Below, piece after piece: positions 25,696 through 34,600 of a DNA stretch of 64,000 nt. The position numbers and the translations under genes are program-made. Numbering within the stretch: the first letter of the stretch is position 1; the number at the start of each line of letters is the position of its first letter. The DNA is from Schmidtea polychroa (Eukaryota). The notes under the pieces were generated by a model that was not told where the DNA came from, made no database searches, and saw only the letters and a list, made by a program, of their open reading frames with translations. Location: assembly GCA_044892525.1 (NCBI GenBank), contig CM097885.1, positions 41,232,001-41,296,000 on the forward strand, in the 5' to 3' direction.

Positions 25696-26487
25696 CTAAA
25701 ACAAACTTTTCCATATTTCAGCTTCTTCTCTATCCAAATAAATATAATTATATTTTTCTTTCCAATGATTATCAACAAACATATCAAACATATTCTTATC
25801 AGGTTCAACATTTGAAAATAAATCATTATAAATCATATTCTTATCACGGCGATCTAATTTAAAAAATATAAAACAATTGGAATTATTTCTTATTGAATTT
25901 TTATCTAAAGCATAATATGTTTGAGATATATAAATAACATTACAATTATTATGTCGACCTCGTGTAAAGTAACTCTTTTGAATCTCTTGATTTTTCATGT
26001 TGACAACATCATCAAATATAACTAGATTCTTTTTATCTTTAGGAAGTAAATCACAATGTAAAACATCTTCAGGTTTATTAGAGAATAAAACTTGAATTGC
26101 CTCCTGCCCTTCTTCACAAATATAATCATTTTTATTACTAATATCTGATTCTAAAATCTTTTCCTTATACCAATCAACCATATCACAAGGTTGAAAAACT
26201 TCTTCAGGACACCTATGTTGATTTTTAAAAATATCAATTATTGCTTTTTTAGTTAATTTATTTTCAAATCCACATTTCAAAAGTTGTAATTCTGGTTGAT
26301 TTATGGTTGTAGAATAAAAGATTAAATTATTATAATCTAAAAAATCATCTTCAAGTAACATTCTCAAAACAAGTACATTCTTTCCACATCCAGAAGAACC
26401 AACAATTAATAATCTAAAATTATCAGGAAATACTTTATTATTAAATTTACTCTTATGTCTATTTAAAATTGGTTTCCAAATATCCAT
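25696..26487 (-). CDS. FtsK/A32-like DNA packaging ATPase
   Basis: Walker A GSSGCGKN, Walker B LVIFDD, and RGRHNNCNVIYISQ. True start is probably the ATG at 26487 (AAAATG context), not the TTG at 26541. Confidence 0.93.
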   Translation of the reverse strand: MDIWKPILNRHKSKFNNKVFPDNFRLLIVGSSGCGKNVLVLRMLLEDDFLDYNNLIFYSTTINQPELQLLKCGFENKLTKKAIIDIFKNQHRCPEEVFQPCDMVDWYKEKILESDISNKNDYICEEGQEAIQVLFSNKPEDVLHCDLLPKDKKNLVIFDDVVNMKNQEIQKSYFTRGRHNNCNVIYISQTYYALDKNSIRNNSNCFIFFKLDRRDKNMIYNDLFSNVEPDKNMFDMFVDNHWKEKYNYIYLDREEAEIWKSLF

Positions 26488-26502
26488 TTTGTTTATTATA
26501 AA

Positions 26503-27096
26503 ATGACCTCGAAGAGTTCCTCTACTGAAGAATCTTTGCAAGAATTAATAAATTCAAATAAAAATAAATCAGTAGTAATTGATGGTAAAAAATATTTTAT
26601 TGGAAAACATGTAAAAGAACAAGTTAGAGCGAAGATCCACGAAGCTAAAGAAGGTGGCATTCTTCCATTAGCTGCTTTAATACCTGCAATCATTGCTGGT
26701 TTATCAGGTGCTGCTGGAATAGCTGGAGGAATTGCAACTACAGTTCAAAAAGCTAAAGAATCTCAAAAGACAGACCTAGAAAAAGAAAAACTACAAACTG
26801 AAATCGATTCAATGAAGAAGGTAGGGCAAGCTAAAGGGGGAGTGTCCGTTGGAAAGGGTCTCTATCTTAATCCATATGAGGGGAGTCGGCAAAAGTCTCA
26901 GGGCAAAGGTCTCTATCTTGATCCTTATAAAGGTAGAGGTTTAAATGATTTTTTAAAAAATCAAATTTCTACATCTGAATCTTTATCTTCAAAAGATAAA
27001 GAAGATTTAAAAAAAATATGTAAATCTTTAAAGAATGGATGCCTTTGTAAAACTAAAAATGGTAAAGGATTATACTTGAAGCCCTTCGAACTATGA
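26503..27096 (+). CDS. Adenovirus pX-like virion core/membrane-active precursor
   Basis: EGGILPLAALIPAIIAGLSGAAGIAGG resembles adenovirus pX (RGGILPLLIPLIAAAIGAVPGIA); three GKGLYLxP(Y/F) repeats. Confidence 0.7.
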   Translation: MTSKSSSTEESLQELINSNKNKSVVIDGKKYFIGKHVKEQVRAKIHEAKEGGILPLAALIPAIIAGLSGAAGIAGGIATTVQKAKESQKTDLEKEKLQTEIDSMKKVGQAKGGVSVGKGLYLNPYEGSRQKSQGKGLYLDPYKGRGLNDFLKNQISTSESLSSKDKEDLKKICKSLKNGCLCKTKNGKGLYLKPFEL

Positions 27097-27118
27097 TACC
27101 ATTTTTGATACCATTAAA

Positions 27119-28000
27119 ATGGTATATGAAGAAAGATTAGCACTTTTAAAAAAATTACAATCAGAACAAGATAAATATAATAAAAAAGATACAACTCAAC
27201 ATGCTGAATCTATAATATTAAATGAGGTAATAACACAACAACAGGGGCCAACAATTAAAGCTATAAAAGAGTTGGAAGATTTCAATGAGCAAGCAAAATT
27301 TAAAGAGTTAGAAGATAAAAAACAAAAAATAAAAGAACTAGAGTGGCAGGATAAAGAAAAAGAATCCAGTGAAAACCATCCTGAAAGAAATCAAAGAAAA
27401 CGCAGAAGAATTTCTAATGTGGAAGAAGAAGAAATGTTTTTAAAAACAAAACCTCTTAAAGTTGATCCTAAAATTAGAGATGATTTACCTCCTTCAATTA
27501 GACCCACATTTAATACTAATACTGAAGGATATCAAATAATAACAATTAATAAACAAAACTTTACTTTATATTCAAATTCAGAAAATAAATCACGTATTCA
27601 TTCACAAAATGTTTATAATAATGAATATTTAGACTTTGAATTTACAGATGATTTTTATAGATTACTTTGTGGATATTCTTCAGATGATGTTGAAGAAATT
27701 AAAAAATATTTAAATTTAATAAGATTAATAAGAGCTAGTTCTAAAGCAAAATATATTCAAGATTTAAAGAATTATTTAAATAAAAATGAAAAGGGTTATG
27801 TTGTTACAGAGGGAGAGGGATTAATTAGTGAAGGTGGTAAACCAAATCCCATCAATCTTTTTATTGAATTAAGAAAACTATTAGCTGCAAGGAAAGCAGG
27901 ACATAATAATTTAGATTCTGATATTTTAAAGATTTCTAAAGATTTGTTAAAACAAGGAATAATTTCAAAAGATAAATTTAATAAGTATACGAAGTTATAA
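27119..28000 (+). CDS. Polinton hypothetical protein (293 aa)
   Basis: Intact ORF in the viral gene run; N-terminal coiled coil, basic RKRRR patch, C-terminal GEGL...LRKLLAARKAGHNN resembling a motif recalled from Polinton ORFs. Confidence 0.7.
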   Translation: MVYEERLALLKKLQSEQDKYNKKDTTQHAESIILNEVITQQQGPTIKAIKELEDFNEQAKFKELEDKKQKIKELEWQDKEKESSENHPERNQRKRRRISNVEEEEMFLKTKPLKVDPKIRDDLPPSIRPTFNTNTEGYQIITINKQNFTLYSNSENKSRIHSQNVYNNEYLDFEFTDDFYRLLCGYSSDDVEEIKKYLNLIRLIRASSKAKYIQDLKNYLNKNEKGYVVTEGEGLISEGGKPNPINLFIELRKLLAARKAGHNNLDSDILKISKDLLKQGIISKDKFNKYTKL

Positions 28001-28022
28001 ATACGAAGTTTTAAAATACAAA

Positions 28023-28487
28023 ATGACTCCTTCAATATTAGATTTTTTAAAAACATTTGGAATAAATGCAAAAACAAATTTTGATTTAAAAGATTATGCA
28101 AATTATTTAAATTTAAAAATTAAAATATTAATGAATGATGAATTATCAAGTCTGGAGAGTCCCCTGAATATAATAATCAATTATCAAAATTCAAATGAAA
28201 AAGGATCTCATTGGGTTTGTATATATAAGAAATCTATCTACTTTGATTCTTTTGGGATTAAACCTACTAAAGAAGTTGAAGATTATCTCTTGAGGGGTTC
28301 TCCGATTGATTCCCCAAATGGTTATACTTTTAACTCTTTACAAGTTCAACCTTTGAATACTAAAATATGTGGTATTTTAAGTTTATATGTTTTGTATAGA
28401 TTGAATAAGGGAGAGGGAATGGGGCATACGCAGGATTTTGAATCTATAATTCAAGAAATTTATAATGATCTAGAATCTCTACTATAA
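28023..28487 (+). CDS. Adenain-like cysteine maturation protease
   Basis: GSHWVCI (His), YFDSFG (Asp), QVQ...ICG (Gln/Cys). Confidence 0.92.
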   Translation: MTPSILDFLKTFGINAKTNFDLKDYANYLNLKIKILMNDELSSLESPLNIIINYQNSNEKGSHWVCIYKKSIYFDSFGIKPTKEVEDYLLRGSPIDSPNGYTFNSLQVQPLNTKICGILSLYVLYRLNKGEGMGHTQDFESIIQEIYNDLESLL

Positions 28488-28535
28488 GGATTTTTACTAT
28501 AAGGATTTTTACTATATGAATTTACTACTAAAGAA

Positions 28536-29300
28536 ATGGAGCTTCACAACCCTCCGGAAGATAATTTAAAAAAAATGGTAAACATAATGTCAGATAAATA
28601 TTCAAGAACTTTATCTATAAATTCAAAAGAATCAGACTTTACTATAAACTTTCAAGATTCAATTAAATTAGATCAAAATTTAAATTATGAATTGGGGCTA
28701 TTATGGTTTTGTGCTTATAATACTATTTTTAATATAACTAAAGATAATAATAAATTTACTATTCAAACTCGTGATGGGCATAAACCAGAAATTATAACAA
28801 TAAAACCTGGGGCATATGAGATAAAAGATTTAAATGATATACTTTCTAAAAAAACAAATGAAGGTATTAAAATTAAAATGGATATACCAACTTCAAAATG
28901 TGTAATGACTTTGAAGAATATAAAAATTAGTTTTTTAGATAATTGTTTCTTTCACACAGTTTTAGGATTTAAACCTATGGATATAACAATAAAAGAAGAT
29001 AAAATAATAACATCAGAACATATTATAAAAATAATAAATACAAACACAATAAATATTCATTGCGATTGTATAACAGGTTCTTATAATAATGGTAAACAAA
29101 GTAATGTTTTATATTCCTTTCCCTCAAACACAGTTCCTATGGGATATAAAATAGTTGAAAGAATGAATCCTCCAAATTATTTACCTTTATGTAGAAAATA
29201 TATAATGGATATTAATTTTAAAATTCTTAATCAAGAAGGAGAATTGATTGATTTTAATGGAGAAGAGATTTCAATGTATTTACATTTGAAACAGGTTTGA
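28536..29300 (+). CDS. Minor capsid protein (penton-like single jelly-roll)
   Basis: Motifs YNTIFNIT..NN, IKPGAYEI.DLN, VLGF, INIHCD.I.GSY.NG, LYSF and LIDFNGE typical of Polinton mCP. Confidence 0.82.
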   Translation: MELHNPPEDNLKKMVNIMSDKYSRTLSINSKESDFTINFQDSIKLDQNLNYELGLLWFCAYNTIFNITKDNNKFTIQTRDGHKPEIITIKPGAYEIKDLNDILSKKTNEGIKIKMDIPTSKCVMTLKNIKISFLDNCFFHTVLGFKPMDITIKEDKIITSEHIIKIINTNTINIHCDCITGSYNNGKQSNVLYSFPSNTVPMGYKIVERMNPPNYLPLCRKYIMDINFKILNQEGELIDFNGEEISMYLHLKQV

Positions 29301-29324
29301 AGATTCATTTTAAATTATTAATAA

Positions 29325-30335
29325 ATGAGTTCTTATATTCCATGTAATAGAGGTGGTGGAACAATAAAAACAGGGTTTAATACAGAAGAAATATTAACTT
29401 TAACAGAAAATAAATATATTAATGAAAGAGGTGATTCAATGAAGGGTGATTTAATTTTAAATGGACACAAGATAAAAGAATTATCTTTTCCAACTGATGA
29501 AGCTGATGCAGTTAATAAGAAATATGTAGATGGTGTTAAAAAATATACTGATTTAACAACAACAAGAATTGAAAGTTCATTAACAACAAAAATTGATTCA
29601 ATGGAATCAAAGCTTAATAATATCGAACAACGATTTAATGATAAATTTGACAAGTTACAAAGTCTGTTAACTGAACAAGTTGTAAAGTTAAATACTGCTA
29701 TATTAAATTCTAAAGATAAACAAATTATGAATACTAAATTTAATACAATATATAAAATAATAAATGAGATGATTACATCATTTAATAAAAGAATTTCAAA
29801 TTTAGAGTCTCATGGAACACACATTAACACCACACATAGTATTAGAAAAAGAGCTGCTGAATTAGAACAGAATAAAACATTATTACCCCATACATATAAA
29901 CATTTTATAGAACCAAGTTTAATAACAACAAACAGTAAAGAATGGGGTGTTTTTATGGTTGTAAAAATTATTGATCCTTATTTCTTTTTGTTTGATGATG
30001 ATAATGAAAGAATGAAATGGTTTGTGAAATGTGATTATAATAGTAAGCTTGAAAAGGGTTATGTTATAATGACTAGTTATGATTTACCACACGGAGATTG
30101 GTATGTTAATACTCATTCACATGGACTACATAAAGTTAAAAGTAAGAATATTCATTTTTCTAGTTCACTTGTACAATATATAGATTTAATATTTTATGAA
30201 AAAAAGGTTGATGTTGATGAAGTTCGTAAAGCATTGAGAGAATTGTATAAAGATATCCTCTCAACAAGAGTTTCTTTTGATATCCGAGTATTGGTACCAG
30301 ATGGTGCTCAGAAGAATAAAGTCTTATTTTTTTAA
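29325..30335 (+). CDS. Putative fibre/spike protein
   Basis: GDSMKGDLILNGHKI..L..PTDEADAVNKKYVD tail-fibre-like motif, then a coiled coil and a globular C-terminus; located next to the penton gene. Confidence 0.55.
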   Translation: MSSYIPCNRGGGTIKTGFNTEEILTLTENKYINERGDSMKGDLILNGHKIKELSFPTDEADAVNKKYVDGVKKYTDLTTTRIESSLTTKIDSMESKLNNIEQRFNDKFDKLQSLLTEQVVKLNTAILNSKDKQIMNTKFNTIYKIINEMITSFNKRISNLESHGTHINTTHSIRKRAAELEQNKTLLPHTYKHFIEPSLITTNSKEWGVFMVVKIIDPYFFLFDDDNERMKWFVKCDYNSKLEKGYVIMTSYDLPHGDWYVNTHSHGLHKVKSKNIHFSSSLVQYIDLIFYEKKVDVDEVRKALRELYKDILSTRVSFDIRVLVPDGAQKNKVLFF

Positions 30336-30343
30336 TTATTAAA

Positions 30344-30955
30344 ATGGAAGAAGTAAGAGAAGAAAAAATTTACCCAGAATTGAGATCATCAGGATATTAT
30401 TCCGAAGGTCACAAAGGTTCCAAGGCCTCGGCTCCCACAGAACTTGAAATTATGAGAGTAAAAGAATTTAAATCAGAAACCTTACATTTAAAAGATTTAT
30501 TAAAGCATTATAAAAAAATTAAAAATAGATGGAATAAAGGGAATACAGTTTTAAAAGTTATAGGTTATTCTTTAGGATTTGCATCTGCAATATTAACAGT
30601 TATTTTACCCATATCTTTACCAGTTGTTACTCTTGCACCTGTAATACTTGGAAGTATTTCTGTGGCTGATGGTTTCTTAACTGAAATAGTTTCATTATCT
30701 TATACTTCTAAAAAGAAAAGTTTATATAGAGAAGTTTGTTTATCAATAGAATTAGGAATCTCTAAATTATTTTTATTTCAATTAAAAGCTTTGAAAGATG
30801 GAATCCTGGCAGACGAAGAAATAATGAAATCAAATCAAATAATACAAGATATAAAGAATGAGGTTATAAGATTAAAAAGGGAGGGCATGGTGGCTAATGT
30901 TATAAGTAATAAAAAAACATCTCGAGAAAAATGGTTAAAGAATTCTTACTTATAA
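30344..30955 (+). CDS. Hypothetical membrane protein (203 aa)
   Basis: Central hydrophobic hairpin VIGYSLGFASAILTVILPISLPVVTLAPVILGSISV; intact ORF. Confidence 0.7.
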   Translation: MEEVREEKIYPELRSSGYYSEGHKGSKASAPTELEIMRVKEFKSETLHLKDLLKHYKKIKNRWNKGNTVLKVIGYSLGFASAILTVILPISLPVVTLAPVILGSISVADGFLTEIVSLSYTSKKKSLYREVCLSIELGISKLFLFQLKALKDGILADEEIMKSNQIIQDIKNEVIRLKREGMVANVISNKKTSREKWLKNSYL

Positions 30956-31049
30956 AATGGGTGTATTTTTAAAAAAGTAGATCAGGTTGCTATAGTTGCT
31001 TAAATTAATTGTCGGCATTTTATTATTAAAAAATTAAATATCGTTGGTT

Positions 31050-31604
31050 TCAGTTATGGTTGAAAGCCAACCTATGAATCATTAATTTATGATCTTTAAA
31101 TTCTTTATCACTTAGACCTTTTATATATTCAGGATCAGTATTAAAATATTTAAGTTCTAAACATATAGGATTAAAAACTTGAGAATATAAAGGTTTCTCG
31201 ATTTCTCTCTGGGGATAAATAATTTCAACATTATAAATATCAAGATCAGTAATCTTTGTATCATATAACTTATTCAACTTTTCTAGATTTTTTATTATAG
31301 GGATTAAATTATTTCCAATAGGTAGAGTTGTCTTTAAATCACTTAGTATGAATCTCTTATCATCATAATTTGATAATGATACTTTTTGAGATTCTATCAA
31401 GTGAATATCATGGTTTTCACTTTTAAGTTGATGTATTTCATCAATTTTATCTTTATGATTTGGGTTTAATGTATCTATATAATCTTGATGAGAAAGATTC
31501 TTTGCAACCACTCTCTGTATTCCTTTACATCTGTTATCCTTTAAATTAGTAATATTTTTTATAATTTCAAAAATGTTATTTTCTTGATTTTTAGTTTCCA
31601 TCAT
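31050..31604 (-). CDS. Stand-alone paralogue of the pPolB C-terminal region (184 aa)
   Basis: KGIQ...HQ.Y...LKSE.H.I.L.E..K....NYDDKRFILSDLKTTLPIGN.LIPIIKNL...KPLY.QV...ELKYFNTDPEYI.GL aligns with the last ~165 aa of the adjacent pPolB. Confidence 0.85.
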   Translation of the reverse strand: MMETKNQENNIFEIIKNITNLKDNRCKGIQRVVAKNLSHQDYIDTLNPNHKDKIDEIHQLKSENHDIHLIESQKVSLSNYDDKRFILSDLKTTLPIGNNLIPIIKNLEKLNKLYDTKITDLDIYNVEIIYPQREIEKPLYSQVFNPICLELKYFNTDPEYIKGLSDKEFKDHKLMIHRLAFNHN

Positions 31605-31628
31605 TTTATAGTGTTAAAATTCTAATTC

Positions 31629-34600
31629 TTAGACCAGTCGTAATTGATTTATAATTATTTCTGCAGTAATGCTTTTTAACATTAATTTATGTGATTTAAA
31701 GTCTTCTGGTGTTAGTCCTTGGATATATTCAGGATCAGTATTAAAATATTTAAGTTCTATTGGTTTTATATTTTGAACTTGATTATATAAAGGTTTAGGA
31801 ATTAATATTTCAGGATATTGGATTTCTACTTTAGCAAGTTGAAGGTCTGTAATCTCTAGGTTATAAATTTCATTTATTTTATCAAGATTTTTTATTATAG
31901 GGATTAAATCATTTCCAATAGGTAATGTTGTCTTCAAGTCAGAAAGTATAAATCTTTTATCATCATAATTTGTTATAGCAATCTTGTTACACTCTTCAAG
32001 ATATATATTATGTTTCTCTGATTTAAGATGATGGGTTTTAGCAATTTTATTTTTATAATTTATATTTAATGAATCTTTATACTCTTGATGTGTGAAGGTT
32101 TTTGACACTGATTTTTGAATTCCTTTACTTTTATTTTCTTTATAGCTTTTCGGGTTTTCAGGGAATGAAGGATATTCAAATGTTCGATCTACTTCAACAG
32201 ATCCTTCTATTATAAATTTTATTGTATGCTCTTTCATAATTGGTTTGTCTTTCATTTCAAGAGAATATTGTTTAGGTCTAATAAACACTCCTCCAGTTAT
32301 TGGAGTATTTGGTTTTTCATCTTTAAAAGTAAACAACTCTCCAGAATTGTTTATTAATTTATTTAAGGTTGGATCTTCACGTATTTCTTTTTTTAAATCT
32401 TTGCTATATCCTTTTAAAAACATACTATCAGTGTCCATTGCATGCATGGATATTCGATCTCCAAAATGTGGTACTAGAACATCATAGTAGGCTTCATACA
32501 TTTGAAGCTTTGAAAGTTCTAAAATTGAAAACCCTATAAAGATTGGTTTATTATAAGTTTTTACAGAGTTTTTAATCTCTATGGCTATAAGGTTACTAGA
32601 GAATATCTCGGCATTTTTAAATGTGGGCTTTCCAATTATCCGGTTGTACCTATTAAGGTCTTTGGATGTATTGGTCAAAAGCTCTACACGTGTGTACTTG
32701 TCCATATTCTCCATGGTCTTTCCAAAGACCGCATTGTTCAGGAGTTTGTAAATCATATCAAGAAATGCATTTCCAGCTCTCTTTGCTGCATTTCTTTTCA
32801 AAATATTTCCCTCTATGAATTTTTTCATAAAAGGGGCTTGTCGAAATTTAATAATGGAATGTACTTTTTTTAAAACCATTCCATGGGAGAGATAAAACTG
32901 AAGGAGTCTATAATGACAAAGGTAATCAGTTTTATCGGTCTGATCGCATAAAAGTTTTATACAGGGCGATCTATCCTGAGCCATCTGCCAGTCTGAAAGT
33001 TCTTCAGTCGAGATCTTTCTTCTTACTGGAGCAAATGGAAAGAATCTTGTCCTGGATTTTATTTCATTGGGATATTCAAGATCGCATTCTATGACATATC
33101 CATATTGTGAATTCTTTGGTGTTTTTAGAATTTCTTGTATTAATTCCTCAGTGGGCTCTTCCCAGGTGAACTTGCCAATTGGAAGGTATTGAGTCATTAC
33201 TCCTGCATATAAAGCTGTTGCATCTATATACATTATTTCAGAAGGATTAGAAAGACCTTCCAGTATTTCCTCACGATCTTCTGGGTTTGTTATTTCTACA
33301 TATAGAGCATCAGTATCTTTGAAAAATTTAGGATAAAGAGTTGTAAAATTATTAGCATTTATTTCTCTATTCCCTTGTACTGAAGAAATACCTCCTCTAA
33401 TATTATGTTTATATACATTAAACATATCAAGGTCAACTAATAATTCAATGGTTTTATTTCTTTCTGCTATGTCTTCATCGGTCCATATGCTATATAATAA
33501 TATATCCCAAGCTAGAGAGGGAGCGGTTATATAATTATAAGGTTTTAATTCAAAAGCTTTTGAAAATGTCTCGAAGCAATCAGCTAAGATATAAACATCT
33601 AAGGAAAGATACATGTCAGTATATTCTCCAAGGTTTCTACAGTTGAAAAGATTCCACATTTTAAGTGCACGGGAATATTCCTGATCAGAAATCCCTGATT
33701 GTGTTAAAACAGAAAAGAAATCTTCTTGAGCTGGGAGTAATTCATTATATTTTTCAAAGGAGTCTATATAATCATATGGATAGATTCCTTTTGCTAGACA
33801 GGTATTATATTCCTCTAATGGAATATTGTTTTTTAATAACACATGTTCTTTTGTATATTTAAAATCCTCAGGGTTCATAGTTTTTGCAATGCCATCCAAA
33901 GACATCCCTAAGAAATTTAAGGAGTCCAAAAACTTAAAGCATCCATATTGAATGCTTTTATATTTTTCTTTTGTAAGTCCAATAACCTTGAAAGAGTTTT
34001 TAGCATTTGCAGCTAGATGTTTAATGAACAGGTGAATATCATAGCCAAAAAGATTGTGAAATATAAATGGTATGTGTGTTGGTTTTTTACAATTGAGATT
34101 ACAATTTTTATGGGCCGCTCCTCTGTAATTATTTTCTATTTTAAAATGATCATGGTCAGGAACCTTTAGTTCACTAGTTGACTCCTCATCCTCAAACTCT
34201 TGTTTGCACATCCAGCAGTGTGTTGCATTTTTATATTCTTCCTCTTGTTCTTCTGAAAAATTCATAGGAAAGTTGGATTTTAATATTATATATAATTCAT
34301 GTTCTAGATTATTTAAAGTTTCAACAAAATGGTCTAGAGTCTCTTTGTCAGAAGTTCCCCTAAATGAATATTCTCTAGATTCTACAAGTTCTGGATAATT
34401 ACTTTTGAAAAACATTTTATAAGCAGAGGGTAATTGTTTTGTTAGTTTTACAGTATTAGTTTTTGTTCGTCTTAGTTTTACATTTATAGCTTCAAAATCA
34501 CAATAAACCACTCCCAATGCTTCTAATAGATTGGAATAGTTTTTAAACCTCATATTAGCATTTTTCTTGTGTGGCATTTTTATTAAAGCAGGTTGATTCT

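Noticed and set aside
25186..34398. Short antisense ORFs overlapping viral genes (e.g. 25186-25545, 27796-28101, 29333-29653, 32245-32487)
   Set aside because: Shadow frames of long coding genes with no recognisable motifs.
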